Of a stretch of DNA of 64,000 nucleotides, positions 30,937 to 41,280 are shown piece by piece. How positions within the stretch are numbered: position 1 is the first letter of the stretch; each line of letters begins with the position of its first letter. The DNA is taken from positions 48,172-112,171 of the forward strand of contig NZ_CANLXP010000001.1 in assembly GCF_947495145.1 (NCBI RefSeq), read 5' to 3'. Source of the stretch: an uncultured Arthrobacter sp. Its GTDB lineage: Bacteria; Actinomycetota; Actinomycetes; Actinomycetales; Micrococcaceae. The translations under genes and the position numbers were made by a program. The notes beneath the pieces were generated by a model. It had not been told where the DNA came from and did no database searches. It saw only the letters and a program-made list of their open reading frames with translations.

Positions 30937-31809
30937 CTAGAAACTATGCTCTGGTCCCGGGAAGCTCCCGTCCCGCACCTGGTCCCCATAGGTCCGGGCA
31001 GCATCAGAGAGAACCGAGCGGACGTCTGCAAACTGCTTGACGAACTTGGCCTGCTTGCCGGAGCGAAGACCAGCCATGTCCTGCCATACCAGTACCTGAC
31101 CGGTGGTTGCCGACCCCGCCCCGATACCGATGGTCGGCACGCTGACCGCGCGGTCCACCTCGGCGGCAACATCTGCCGGCACCATTTCCATCAGGACGCA
31201 GAAGGCCCCCGCCTCGGCGAGTGTTACGGCGTCGTCGATAACCTGCCGGCCTGCCTCGCCCCTGCCCTGCACACGGTAGCCCCCGAGGGAATGTTCGCTC
31301 TGCGGGGTGAAGCCGACATGAGCCATGACGGGAATGCCTGCGCGGACAACCGCCCGGACGGTTTCGGCATAGTGCGCTCCGCCCTCCATCTTCACGGCGT
31401 GAACCAGCCCTTCCTTCATCAGCCGGACGGATGATTCCACTGCCTGCGCCGGCGAAACCTCGTAGCTGCCGAAAGGCAGGTCGGCGACCACAAGTGCGCG
31501 GCTTGACCCTCGTGTCACTGCGCGGGAGAACAGGATCATCTCATCAAGCGTGATAGGCAGCGTAGTGGCGTGGCCGAGCACGTTATTGGCGGCGGAATCC
31601 CCAATGAGCAGCACCTCAATTCCCGCCGCGTCGAAAATCTCCGCCGCATACTGGTCATAGGCGGTGAGCATTGCGAACCGGTGGCCGTTATCTTTTGCCG
31701 CCTGAAGGTGATGTGTACGGATCCGCGGTACCGGCGGGGACGACGGCGCGCCGCCGGGCTGAGATCCGGTTCCATAAGGGGCTGGAGTTTCCGCGGAATT
31801 CATGACCAT
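30937..31809 (-). CDS. panB: 3-methyl-2-oxobutanoate hydroxymethyltransferase
   Basis: Contains MLTAYDQYAAEIFD, ADLPFGSYE and VKMEGG motifs. Confidence 0.93.
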   Translation of the reverse strand: MVMNSAETPAPYGTGSQPGGAPSSPPVPRIRTHHLQAAKDNGHRFAMLTAYDQYAAEIFDAAGIEVLLIGDSAANNVLGHATTLPITLDEMILFSRAVTRGSSRALVVADLPFGSYEVSPAQAVESSVRLMKEGLVHAVKMEGGAHYAETVRAVVRAGIPVMAHVGFTPQSEHSLGGYRVQGRGEAGRQVIDDAVTLAEAGAFCVLMEMVPADVAAEVDRAVSVPTIGIGAGSATTGQVLVWQDMAGLRSGKQAKFVKQFADVRSVLSDAARTYGDQVRDGSFPGPEHSF

Positions 31810-31950
31810 GAGCCTACTTCACGGGTAACGCCGGCGTAACACAAGCGCCGCATACCGGCTGGGCTCCGTTCCGGAAACAGAATGCCCGCGTGAGCCCGGC
31901 ATTGTCAGTAAAGTGGGCAGCGGACAGGGAGCAGACGGAAAGAGGTTGGA

Positions 31951-33291
31951 ATGGATCGGCAGCAGGAGTTCGTCCTACGCACCATCGAGGAACGGGACGT
32001 CCGTTTTGTCCGGCTGTGGTTCACCGACGTCGTCGGCTCGCTGAAGTCGGTAGCGCTGGCGCCGGCGGAGGTCGAAGGCGCATTCGAGGAGGGCCTCGGC
32101 TTTGACGGGTCGTCGATCGAAGGACTCGCCCGGGTCTTCGAGTCCGACATGCTTGCCCAGCCTGACCCGTCCACCTTCCAGATCCTGCCGTGGCGCGGCG
32201 AGAAGGAGCAGACCTCAAGGATGTTCTGCGACATCCTCACACCCGACGGCCAGCCGTCCTCGGCTGATCCGCGGGGCGTCCTCAAGCGCACACTGGCAAA
32301 AGCCGCTGACATGGGCTTCACCTGCTACACGCACCCCGAGATCGAGTTCTACCTGCTCAAGTCCGATGAGCTCGGCGCCGACGGCCAGCCCATCCCGGTG
32401 GACCAGGCGGGTTACTTCGACCATGTGCCCGGCGGTGTTGCGCAGGACTTCCGACGGACCGCCGTCGCAATGCTCGAATCGGTGGGCATCTCTGTTGAGT
32501 TCAGTCACCACGAGGCGGGCCCCGGGCAGAACGAGATAGACCTGCGTTACGCCGACGCGCTGCAGACCGCTGACAACATCATGACGTTCCGCACCGTGAT
32601 CAAAGAGGTGGCGCTGACACAGAACAGCTACGCCACCTTCATGCCGAAGCCCTTTTCGGATCATCCCGGCTCGGGTATGCATACGCACTTTTCACTCTTC
32701 GAGGGTGACAGCAACGCTTTCTTCGAAGCCGGCGCGGAGTTCCAGCTCTCGAAGACAGCGCGCCAGTTCATCGCGGGGATCCTGCACCACGCACCGGAAT
32801 TCACGGCCGTCACCAACCAGTTCGTCAATTCCTACAAGCGGCTGTGGGGCGGCGGCGAAGCGCCGAGCTATCTGTCCTGGGGGCACAACAACCGTTCAGC
32901 GCTGGTGCGCGTCCCCCTCTACAAACCGAACAAGGGGCAGTCAGCCCGGATTGAATACCGCGGCATAGATTCCGCCACCAACCCCTATCTCGCCTACTCG
33001 GTGCTGCTTGGTGCCGGATTGAAAGGTATCGAGGAAGGCTACGATCTTCCGCCCGGAGCCGAAGACGACGTCTGGAGCCTGACGGCCGCTGAACGGCGCG
33101 CCATGGGCCATGATCCGCTGCCGGCCAGCCTCCACGATGCCGTTCGCGCGATGGAGGATTCGGAACTGGTTGCCGAGATCCTCGGCGAGCAGGTGTATGA
33201 GAACTTTCTCCGCAACAAGCGTGCAGAGTGGCATGATTACCGTATCCAGGTCACTCCCTACGAACTCAGGCGCAACCTCGGGATCCTCTAG
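31951..33291 (+). CDS. glnA2: Type I glutamine synthetase paralogue (GlnA2-like)
   Basis: 446 aa. GS beta-grasp and catalytic domains (RLWFTDVVGSLKSV, HHEAGPGQNEID, NNRSALVRVP). It lies directly upstream of glnE, as in mycobacteria. Confidence 0.9.
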   Translation: MDRQQEFVLRTIEERDVRFVRLWFTDVVGSLKSVALAPAEVEGAFEEGLGFDGSSIEGLARVFESDMLAQPDPSTFQILPWRGEKEQTSRMFCDILTPDGQPSSADPRGVLKRTLAKAADMGFTCYTHPEIEFYLLKSDELGADGQPIPVDQAGYFDHVPGGVAQDFRRTAVAMLESVGISVEFSHHEAGPGQNEIDLRYADALQTADNIMTFRTVIKEVALTQNSYATFMPKPFSDHPGSGMHTHFSLFEGDSNAFFEAGAEFQLSKTARQFIAGILHHAPEFTAVTNQFVNSYKRLWGGGEAPSYLSWGHNNRSALVRVPLYKPNKGQSARIEYRGIDSATNPYLAYSVLLGAGLKGIEEGYDLPPGAEDDVWSLTAAERRAMGHDPLPASLHDAVRAMEDSELVAEILGEQVYENFLRNKRAEWHDYRIQVTPYELRRNLGIL

Positions 33292-33309
33292 TCGAGAAAG
33301 AGCCGGTAC

Positions 33310-36300
33310 ATGAGTCTGAACAGGCAACTGATCAGCAGGGGATTCACTGACCTCGAGAAGAGCACCCGTTTCCTTGCCGCTGCCGAGCTGACCGATATAC
33401 CGGAAGATCGGCTTTTTGCGGGACTGACTCTTGCGGCAAATCCGGATCTGGCTCTGCAATCCCTGGTGCGTCTGCTCGCCGTTCAGCCGGAACTGGGTGA
33501 GCTGCTACGCAAGGAGGACGCCGATCCGGAAGCCCTTTTCCGTCTGTTGGGAGCTTCGGAAGCACTCGCAGAGTTCCTCATGCGCCATCCGGAGCACTCC
33601 GAGGTGGTCCGTGTCCGGCCCAGTGCCGAGCCGGGAACCGTTGACGCGACCTTGTTGCGCTCCTCCCTTCTGGAGTCTGTAGGTGCGCGCGCGAGTGACA
33701 GGCTGCCCGTGGCAGCAGCGACGGGGGAGGAAGCATACCGCGCACTGCGCACACGCTACCGCCGGCATCTCACCGAACTGGCAATCCGCGACTTGAGCGC
33801 TGCTTCACCGACCGATTTCCTTCCCGCGGTCGGCCAGGAACTGTCCGACCTTGCTGCCGCAGCCCTTGAAGCAGCGCTGGCTGTAGCGCGGGCGGAGCTG
33901 GCGGCCACGTTGCCGGCCGCGGACATCGAGGCCGTGCGGCTTTCCGTGATCGGAATGGGCAAGTGCGGAGCCGGAGAGCTGAACTACATCTCGGACGTCG
34001 ACGTCATTTATGTGATCGAGGCAGACGATCTGGCAGAGGACTCCGCCGTGCGTATCGGGACGGCCCTCGCCGCGGGCATCTCGCGGGCAGTCACGTCTGC
34101 GGGACGGGAACCCGGGTTGTGGGAGGTTGACGCCAACCTTCGCCCTGAGGGCAAGGACGGGCCCCTTGTCCGTACCCTTGAATCCCATCTCACCTACTAC
34201 TCGCGCTGGGCACAAACCTGGGAGTTCCAGGCGCTGCTCAAGGCTCGGCCGATTGCGGGGGACCCTGATCTGGGCGCGCGCTATTCCGACGCGGTGTCCG
34301 GCCTTGTCTGGACCTCTTCCGAGCGCGACGGGTTTGTTGAATCCGTGCAGGCAATGCGGAGGCGCGTGACCGAAAACATCCCATCCCATGAGGTGAACCG
34401 GCAGCTGAAGCTTGGTGCAGGCGGACTCCGGGACGTGGAGTTCACTGTGCAGCTACTGCAGCTGGTTCACGGAAAAGTCGACGAAACCCTCAGGACCCGC
34501 GCCACCACCGCAGCTATAGCCGCGCTCAGTTCGGCGGGGTATATCGGCCGGCGTGATGCCCAGGAGTTCGACCAGGCATATCGCTTCCTGCGTGTTCTCG
34601 AACATCGCATCCAGCTGGTTCAGATGCGCCGCACCCACCTGATGCCGGAAGATGAAGCAAACCTGAAGGCCCTCGCGAAATCGTCAGCGAGTGCGCTACT
34701 GGAGACCCGCCCCACTGCAGCAGCGCTCACCGAACAGTGGCAACAGACCAAGCGCCTCGTGCGACGTCTGCACGAGGCCATCTTCTATCGGCCACTGCTC
34801 AACGCCGCGGCGAACCTCAGCGCTGACGAGGTCAGGTTGACGCCGGAGGCAGCACGTGCGCGGCTCGCCGCGCTCGGTTACCTCGACCCGCGTGGTGCCC
34901 TGCGCCATATCGAAGCTCTGACGTCGGGGATCAGCCGTCGATCATCCCTGCAGCGACAGCTGCTGCCGGTCCTGCTTGACTGGCTCGCTGACGGTGTGGA
35001 CCCGGACGCAGGGTTACTCGGTTTCCGGCGGCTGAGCGAGTCGCTTGGCGAGACGCATTGGTACCTGGGAATGCTCCGGGACTCCAAGGCGGCCGCGGAG
35101 CGGCTGTGCCACATCTTGTCGTCCAGTCGATTCATCACGGATTTGTTGGAGGTTTCTCCGGAATCGACGAAGTGGCTGGGATCGGACAAGGAGCTGATTC
35201 CTCTGCCGTTTGCAGCGCTCTGGCAGGAGATCCAGTCGAAGATGTCCCGCCATCCCGCTCCCAGGGAGGCCATGCGGCTCATCCGGTTGATGCGGCGTCG
35301 TGAGATCCTCCGAATTGCTATCGCGGACAGCTCCGGGCTGCTGCAGCAGGAGGATGTTGGCCCTGCGTTGGCCGATGTGGACCGGGCTGCCGTCCTCGGC
35401 GCGCTCAACGTCGCTGAAGCGGAGGTGTACGCCGGAGAGCAGGCGCTGACCGACGTCGTCGTCATCGCCATGGGACGCCAGGGCGGGCGTGAGATTACCT
35501 ACGGTTCGGATGCCGATGTCATCTATGTCCATCGCCCGCGGGACGGGGCGGATCCCGCTATTGCTCAAACCCAGGCTGAAAAGATCGTCGGGCGGCTGAG
35601 ACAGCTCCTCCAGCAGCCCTGTACGCCGCCCATTCTGGCCGAACGGATCCTGGAGATAGACGCGGACCTGCGTCCAGAGGGCAAGCAGGGTCCCATGGTG
35701 CGCTCCCTTGACTCGTTCCGGGAGTACTACCGCCGATGGTCCCTCGTGTGGGAATCACAGGCGCTACTGCGCGCCTCGCCGATGGCGGGTAACGACGGGC
35801 TTGCGTCGGACTTCCTGGAACTCGTCAGGCCCCTGCGCTACGAACGCGACGTGACTGAGAGCGACCTTCGTGAGATCCGCCGCCTCAAAGCCCGAATGGA
35901 GGCGGAGCGGCTGCCGCGCGGCGCCGACCCGTCGCGTCATGTGAAGCTTGGGAGGGGCGGGCTCAGTGACGTCGAATGGCTCATCCAGCTGCTGCAACTG
36001 CAGCACGCCCGTAGCATACCGTCGCTGAGGACAACCTCGACCCTTGAAGCGATGGATGCAGTCGAGGAGCACGGACTCCTGCCGGCCGACGACGTCGCCA
36101 CCCTGCGAGCGAGTTGGCGGCTTGCCTCCCGGGTGAGGGCCGCGAACACGGTGTGGGGAGGCAGACAGGCTGACCTTTTGCCCTCCTCCCGCAGAGACCT
36201 TGAAGCGGTGGCACGCTGGTGCGGCTACGGTCCTGGACATGGCACGCAGCTGGAGGAGGACTATCTGCGGCTTACCCGGCGAAGCCGTGCGATTTTCGAG

Positions 36301-36327
36301 CGCTATTTCTATGGCTACGGCGACTGA
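33310..36327 (+). CDS. glnE: Bifunctional glutamine synthetase adenylyltransferase / adenylyl-removing enzyme
   Basis: 1005 aa with two nucleotidyltransferase modules (GMGKCGAGELNYISDVDVIYV and AMGRQGGREITYGSDADVIYV). Confidence 0.93.
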   Translation: MSLNRQLISRGFTDLEKSTRFLAAAELTDIPEDRLFAGLTLAANPDLALQSLVRLLAVQPELGELLRKEDADPEALFRLLGASEALAEFLMRHPEHSEVVRVRPSAEPGTVDATLLRSSLLESVGARASDRLPVAAATGEEAYRALRTRYRRHLTELAIRDLSAASPTDFLPAVGQELSDLAAAALEAALAVARAELAATLPAADIEAVRLSVIGMGKCGAGELNYISDVDVIYVIEADDLAEDSAVRIGTALAAGISRAVTSAGREPGLWEVDANLRPEGKDGPLVRTLESHLTYYSRWAQTWEFQALLKARPIAGDPDLGARYSDAVSGLVWTSSERDGFVESVQAMRRRVTENIPSHEVNRQLKLGAGGLRDVEFTVQLLQLVHGKVDETLRTRATTAAIAALSSAGYIGRRDAQEFDQAYRFLRVLEHRIQLVQMRRTHLMPEDEANLKALAKSSASALLETRPTAAALTEQWQQTKRLVRRLHEAIFYRPLLNAAANLSADEVRLTPEAARARLAALGYLDPRGALRHIEALTSGISRRSSLQRQLLPVLLDWLADGVDPDAGLLGFRRLSESLGETHWYLGMLRDSKAAAERLCHILSSSRFITDLLEVSPESTKWLGSDKELIPLPFAALWQEIQSKMSRHPAPREAMRLIRLMRRREILRIAIADSSGLLQQEDVGPALADVDRAAVLGALNVAEAEVYAGEQALTDVVVIAMGRQGGREITYGSDADVIYVHRPRDGADPAIAQTQAEKIVGRLRQLLQQPCTPPILAERILEIDADLRPEGKQGPMVRSLDSFREYYRRWSLVWESQALLRASPMAGNDGLASDFLELVRPLRYERDVTESDLREIRRLKARMEAERLPRGADPSRHVKLGRGGLSDVEWLIQLLQLQHARSIPSLRTTSTLEAMDAVEEHGLLPADDVATLRASWRLASRVRAANTVWGGRQADLLPSSRRDLEAVARWCGYGPGHGTQLEEDYLRLTRRSRAIFERYFYGYGD

Positions 36328-36368
36328 CGCGCTCATCGCGTTGAATAGAACTCATCGCCTTAAACGGA

Positions 36369-36398
36369 AACAGGGCCGCACGTGAGTGCGGCCCTGTT
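36369..36398. terminator. Bidirectional stem-loop between convergent glnE and glnA
   Basis: AACAGGGCCGCAC / GTGCGGCCCTGTT form a perfect 13-bp stem around a GTGA loop. Confidence 0.7.
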
Positions 36399-36409
36399 CT
36401 CTCAAACTC

Positions 36410-37834
36410 CTAGACGCCGTAGTACAACTCGAACTCGTAGGGATTCGGGCGTGCTGCAAGCGGGGTGATTTCCACTTCACGCTTGTAAGCAATCCAGGTG
36501 TCGATCAGGTCCTGTGTGAATACGCCGCCGGCCTGCAGGAATTCGTTGTCGGCTTCCAAAGCCAGCAGCGCTTCCTCCAGGGACCCGGGGGCCTTCTGGA
36601 TATCCTTGGCTTCCTCCGCGGGAAGCTCGTAGAGGTCTTTATCGATCGGGTCTGCCGGCTCGATCCGATTCTTGATTCCGTCAAGACCGGCCATGAGCTG
36701 CGCCGCAAACGCCAGGTACGGGTTGGACGACGGGTCCGGAGCGCGGAACTCGATTCGCTTTGCCTTCGGGTTGGATCCGGTGATCGGGATGCGGATTCCG
36801 GCCGAGCGGTTACCCTGCGAGTACACCATGTTCACTGGAGCCTCGAAGCCCTTCACCAGGCGGCGGTATGAGTTCACCGTCGGGTTGGTGAAAGCGAGGA
36901 CCGCCGAAGCGTGCTTGAGAACGCCGCCGATGTACCAGCGGGCAAGGTCAGACAGGCCGGCGTAGCCACGCTCGTCGTAGAACAGGGGCTCACCGTTGCT
37001 CCACAGCGACTGGTGGCAGTGCATGCCGGAACCGTTGTCACCGAAAATCGGCTTGGGCATGAAAGTTGCAGACTTCCCCCAGGCATTGGCAACGTTCTTG
37101 ACGATGTACTTGAACTTCTGCAGGTCATCTGCAGCATGGACCATCGTGGTGAACTTGTAATTGATCTCCGCCTGTCCGGCACCGCCGACTTCGTGGTGCG
37201 AACGCTCAACCTCGAGACCGACAGCGTCGAGCTCAACACAGATTGCGTCACGGAGGTCCGCCTGCTTGTCCACGGGGGCAACAGGGAAATAGCCGCCCTT
37301 GAACGGCGTCTTGTTGCCAAGGTTCCCGCCGACTTCCTCACGGCCGCTGTTCCACGGGGCTTCGATCGAGTCAACCTTGTAGAAGCTGCCCTGAGGGCTG
37401 GATTCGTACTGAATGTTCTCGAAGATGTAGAACTCCGCCTCAGAAGCGAAGAACGCGGTGTCTGCGATGCCCGTAGAGGACAGGTAAGCTTCAGCTCGCT
37501 CCGCTACGCCACGCGGATCCCGGTGGTACGGATCGCCTGTGCGGGGATTCACAATGGAGAAGTTCAGCGCCAGCGTCTTTTCGATCCGGAACGGGTCGAT
37601 GAATGCGGTGGTGACATCGGGAATCAGCTGCATGTCGGATTCGGCAATGCCCTGAAATCCACGGATGGAAGATCCGTCGAACAGCTGGCCGTGGACGAAG
37701 AAATCGGCGTCGACCGACTTGGCCGGGACGTTGAAGTGCTGCTGCACTCCCGGGAGGTCGGTGAATCGGACGTCGACGAACTTCACATCTTCGTCGGCGA
37801 TGTACTTGAGGACTTCGTCCGCATTCTTGAACAT
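36410..37834 (-). CDS. glnA: Type I glutamine synthetase (main GS, adenylylatable)
   Basis: ATG 37834 is preceded by AAGGAG. N-terminus [29 protein letters not shown]. Adenylylation-loop sequence [10 protein letters not shown]. 474 aa. Confidence 0.95.
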   Translation of the reverse strand: MFKNADEVLKYIADEDVKFVDVRFTDLPGVQQHFNVPAKSVDADFFVHGQLFDGSSIRGFQGIAESDMQLIPDVTTAFIDPFRIEKTLALNFSIVNPRTGDPYHRDPRGVAERAEAYLSSTGIADTAFFASEAEFYIFENIQYESSPQGSFYKVDSIEAPWNSGREEVGGNLGNKTPFKGGYFPVAPVDKQADLRDAICVELDAVGLEVERSHHEVGGAGQAEINYKFTTMVHAADDLQKFKYIVKNVANAWGKSATFMPKPIFGDNGSGMHCHQSLWSNGEPLFYDERGYAGLSDLARWYIGGVLKHASAVLAFTNPTVNSYRRLVKGFEAPVNMVYSQGNRSAGIRIPITGSNPKAKRIEFRAPDPSSNPYLAFAAQLMAGLDGIKNRIEPADPIDKDLYELPAEEAKDIQKAPGSLEEALLALEADNEFLQAGGVFTQDLIDTWIAYKREVEITPLAARPNPYEFELYYGV

Positions 37835-37949
37835 CGGATTATGCTCCTTACGCATATTCGGGGAGAGCGACCGGGGCCGGTAGCGCGGGGGAGATGCCAC
37901 ACGGCTCGACCTGCTGCGGTCGCAACAGCCTCCACACTATGAATGCGCA

Positions 37950-37987
37950 GTTACCCACTGGTGTCGCAATTGTTTCCGGCGTGTAAC
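37950..37987 (-). promoter_or_regulatory. Four-site GlnR-type binding array upstream of glnA
   Basis: On the glnA-sense strand: GTTAC-acgccg-GAAAC-aattgc-GACAC-cagtgg-GTAAC. These are four pentamers, each separated by exactly 6 nt, located 116-153 nt upstream of the glnA ATG. Confidence 0.45.
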
Positions 37988-38139
37988 TTAAGCCGGCAGC
38001 TACGCATACGTTCTCTGGGTTCCACCTTATCGGTCTCTCCTGGTTCCTTGCGCGGCCGTTGCTTGTGGGCCGCCGGGGCTGGACGCGGCAGCAGTTTCCC
38101 GTCGGTCAGGCGCCGGAGCCTGCAGGATAGAGTGGGACG

Positions 38140-38580
38140 GTGGTTGACCGCAGAGACATCAGTTCGTGGCTGGAAGGGCCGCCGTCGCGCGGCGAGAATC
38201 ATTGGCCGGGACAACGACTCGGCAGGCCAAGGGACGGCGCTGGTTCAATCGCCCGCCCTGGACGCCGGTTGGGTGCGCTGGCCATCGACTGGGCCTTGTG
38301 CAGCCTGATCTCCGCGGCGTTCTTCGGCTACGACGGCACAGCAACACTTGGCATTTTCGCGCTCGAGCAGATGCTGCTGGTCGGAACACTCGGTTACAGC
38401 ATCGGTCACCGCGTGTTCGGCATGCAGGTGCAGCGGCTGGAGGGCAGGCCGGCTGGATTTGGCGCCGCCATAGTCCGGGCACTGCTGATCTGCCTGGTGA
38501 TTCCAGCAGTGGTTTTCGACGAGGATCAGCGCGGTTTGCACGACCGCGCCGTTGGCACATTGCTCGTGCGGATCAGCTGA
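38140..38580 (+). CDS. RDD-family membrane protein
   Basis: 146 aa with the RDD-domain pattern (RRLGALAIDWALCSLI...GHRVFGMQV...GLHDRAVGTLLV). GTG start. Confidence 0.8.
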   Translation: MVDRRDISSWLEGPPSRGENHWPGQRLGRPRDGAGSIARPGRRLGALAIDWALCSLISAAFFGYDGTATLGIFALEQMLLVGTLGYSIGHRVFGMQVQRLEGRPAGFGAAIVRALLICLVIPAVVFDEDQRGLHDRAVGTLLVRIS

Positions 38581-38592
38581 TTGCTGGTACGG

Positions 38593-39366
38593 TTAGCGGC
38601 CCCGCATGGCTTTCCGATCGGGGCGAGCCTTGAACGGGTCAACGCCCTTGGGGATCGGCATCCGTGTGCTCAAAGCGCTCAGGCGCTTGTCAACGGCGGA
38701 AACTTCCTGACGGGTGAGGTTCTTCTTCATCTTCTGAAGCGTCTTTGAAACGCGCTGCAGCGGAACCTGCCCTTCGCCCTTTCCTGCGTGCACCACGTGG
38801 ACCGGCACACCGGGCACGATCCTGTTCATCTTGACCCGTTCGGCATTGACGAGTTGCTTGACGCGGGCCACCGGACCTTCAGCCACAAGAACGATGCCGG
38901 GGCGTCCGATGGCACGAAAGACAGCGTCCTGCGTACGAGCGTTGACGGCCACCGGCTCGTCCTTCAAAATCCAGCCACGGCGTAACACACTGAGCGCCGC
39001 TCCGGCGGCGCCGGGCTTCCCCTCGATCTGAGCAAACGCTGCGCGTTCGGCACGCCGGGACAGGATGAAGAGTGCAGCGAGAAAGGCCAGCGGGATCGCA
39101 ATGATCAGCATGGTCACCACATTGCGAATCAGGAACCCGATGAGAAGCCCAACGGCCACTACGGCCAGGAAGGCGAGCACCATGATCCAGATAACATTCG
39201 GATCGTTGCGCCGGGTCATCGAGAAGACCTCGCCGATGCGCTTCAGCGTCCCCTGCTTCTTTGGGGCCTTGCCTTCCTTCGGTTTACGTGAAAAGAGGCG
39301 GCGCCGTGGGCTCGTTCCGTCAGCGTTGGAGGTGTTGTTGGAGCTGTTGTCAGTGCTGTTGGCCAT
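38593..39366 (-). CDS. DUF4191-family membrane protein
   Basis: 257 aa. Basic N-terminus, two TM helices (IWIMVLAFLAVVAVGLLIGFL, MLIIAIPLAFLAALFIL) and a conserved C-terminal domain. It neighbours lipA, as in other actinobacteria. Confidence 0.8.
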   Translation of the reverse strand: MANSTDNSSNNTSNADGTSPRRRLFSRKPKEGKAPKKQGTLKRIGEVFSMTRRNDPNVIWIMVLAFLAVVAVGLLIGFLIRNVVTMLIIAIPLAFLAALFILSRRAERAAFAQIEGKPGAAGAALSVLRRGWILKDEPVAVNARTQDAVFRAIGRPGIVLVAEGPVARVKQLVNAERVKMNRIVPGVPVHVVHAGKGEGQVPLQRVSKTLQKMKKNLTRQEVSAVDKRLSALSTRMPIPKGVDPFKARPDRKAMRGR

Positions 39367-39457
39367 AGTGTCTTAAGTCTACGTGATGCACAACGCGCAC
39401 CGGACGCCCACGGCGATCCGCGAGCGTCCGGTACGGGCACCAATCGGTGGCGGTCTG

Positions 39458-40459
39458 CTAACCGACCATCAGGCTTTTCGCCTCCTGCAATGTGGTTCCC
39501 GAGTCCTCGATATGTGCAAGCTGGGGCGGGAGCTCGAGGCCCTTCTTCCGCATTGCCCGTGCCCAGAGCCGTCCCGCGCGATAGGACGAGCGGACAAGCG
39601 GGCCGCTCATGACGCCGAGAAAACCAATCTCGTCGGCCTCCTGCTGGAGCTCGACGAACTCCTGCGGCTTGACCCAGCGATCCACCGGAAGGTGGCGTTC
39701 GCTTGGGCGCAGGTACTGAGTGATCGTGATCAAATCGCAGCCGGCAGCATGAAGGTCGCGGAGCGCCTCCGAGATTTCGGCGCGCGTCTCACCCATTCCG
39801 AGGATCAGGTTGGATTTCGTGACCATGCCCTGGTCTCTGCCCTGGGTGATGACGTCGAGGGACCGCTCGTAGCGGAACGCGGGACGGATGCGCTTGAAGA
39901 TGCGCGGAACCGTCTCTACGTTGTGAGCAAACACCTCTGGTTGTGCGGCGCAGATCTCGGTGATGTGCTCCGGCTTGCCGGAGAAATCCGGAATAAGGAT
40001 TTCGACGCCGGTTCCCGGGTTGAGGGCGTGAATCTGGCGGATGGTTTCGGCATAGAGCCAGACTCCCTCATCTTCCAGGTCGTCACGGGCCACGCCCGTC
40101 ACCGTCGCATAACGCAGATTCATCGATTGAACCGACTGCGCAACCTTGAACGGCTCACTGCGGTCAAGCGGTGCAGGGCGCCCAGTATCGATCTGACAGA
40201 AGTCGCAGCGGCGGGTGCATTCGGAGCCGCCGATCAGGAACGTTGCTTCCCGGTCCTCCCAGCACTCGAAAATGTTGGGACATCCTGCTTCTTCGCAGAC
40301 GGTGTGCAGCCCTTCCTTCTTTACCAGGTTCTTCATCGCCACAAATTCGGGGCCGATGTTCACCTTGGCCTTGATCCAGTCCGGTTTACGTTCGACGGGA
40401 ACCGCCGCGTTCCGTGCTTCGACGCGCAGAAGGCGCCTTCCCTCGGGTGCCAGGCTCAA
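39458..40459 (-). CDS. lipA: Lipoyl synthase
   Basis: Auxiliary cluster motif [12 protein letters not shown] and radical-SAM motif [10 protein letters not shown]. Confidence 0.96.
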   Translation of the reverse strand: MSLAPEGRRLLRVEARNAAVPVERKPDWIKAKVNIGPEFVAMKNLVKKEGLHTVCEEAGCPNIFECWEDREATFLIGGSECTRRCDFCQIDTGRPAPLDRSEPFKVAQSVQSMNLRYATVTGVARDDLEDEGVWLYAETIRQIHALNPGTGVEILIPDFSGKPEHITEICAAQPEVFAHNVETVPRIFKRIRPAFRYERSLDVITQGRDQGMVTKSNLILGMGETRAEISEALRDLHAAGCDLITITQYLRPSERHLPVDRWVKPQEFVELQQEADEIGFLGVMSGPLVRSSYRAGRLWARAMRKKGLELPPQLAHIEDSGTTLQEAKSLMVG

Positions 40460-41178
40460 AGTAAAGCTCCTTCCGACCGGTCGTTGCCGACGGTCTGGTC
40501 TGTCTCGGTAACCGGGGCACTCTCCTCGGGATCGAGCACCAGTGACGTCTCATTGTTGCGCAGCTGCTCTTCGACGCGCGAAACGATGTCAGCTGGAGCT
40601 ACGGTTCGGCCGATCTCTTCCGAAATGCTCGTGACTCCTGCATCCGTAATGCCGCAGGGCACGATCTGGGCGAATGGCGCGAGATTATTGCTGCAGTTGA
40701 TAGCGAAGCCGTGCATCGTTACGCGCCGGTTGATGCGGATACCGATCGCAGCAATTTTCCGGGCGGGTCCACGGTGGTCCGCTGCCAGCCAGACACCGGA
40801 TCTCCCGTCGATACGGATGCCCGCGATGCCGTAATCGGACAGGACAGCGATGATGACGTCTTCGAGTATTGCAACGTAGTCGACAACCCGCGTGGGTTGG
40901 GGTAGGGCAAGGATCGGATAGCCCACCAACTGGCCCGGACCATGCCAGGTGAGCTTGCCGCCCCGATCGACGGGTACAACAGGGGTGCCGTCAAACGGCT
41001 TCTCGTGCTCTTCGGTCCGTTTCCCCGCGGTGTAGACAGGAGAGTGCTCGAGGAGGAGGACGGTGCTCGGCGCGGTTCCGGCGACGACTGATTCATGCAG
41101 AACCTTTTGCCGGTCCCATCCTTCGAGGTAATCAACGAAGTGGGGATCGAATCCGATTCGGGAGAACTCCAGCGTCAT
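40456..41178 (-). CDS. lipB: Lipoyl(octanoyl) transferase
   Basis: Contains [33 protein letters not shown] and [22 protein letters not shown] motifs. Its stop overlaps the lipA start. The start is uncertain (ATG 41178 or 41214; the ORF extends to 41349). Confidence 0.88.
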   Translation of the reverse strand: MTLEFSRIGFDPHFVDYLEGWDRQKVLHESVVAGTAPSTVLLLEHSPVYTAGKRTEEHEKPFDGTPVVPVDRGGKLTWHGPGQLVGYPILALPQPTRVVDYVAILEDVIIAVLSDYGIAGIRIDGRSGVWLAADHRGPARKIAAIGIRINRRVTMHGFAINCSNNLAPFAQIVPCGITDAGVTSISEEIGRTVAPADIVSRVEEQLRNNETSLVLDPEESAPVTETDQTVGNDRSEGALL

Positions 41179-41280
41179 TCCTCCAGCGTAGACCCGCCTG
41201 CTGGGATCTCCCATTCGGATGGGAGGTGTGGGTGTGGATAACTTCTGCAGAGTTTTCACGATTGACGAAGACTGGTCGCC

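Noticed and set aside
36911-37942. 343-aa plus-strand ORF antisense to glnA.
   Set aside because: glnA on the minus strand has unmistakable glutamine synthetase motifs. The antisense frame has no recognisable features.
39383-40834. 483-aa plus-strand ORF antisense to lipA/lipB.
   Set aside because: It overlaps two strongly supported minus-strand genes (radical-SAM cysteine motifs) and spans their junction. It is a shadow ORF.
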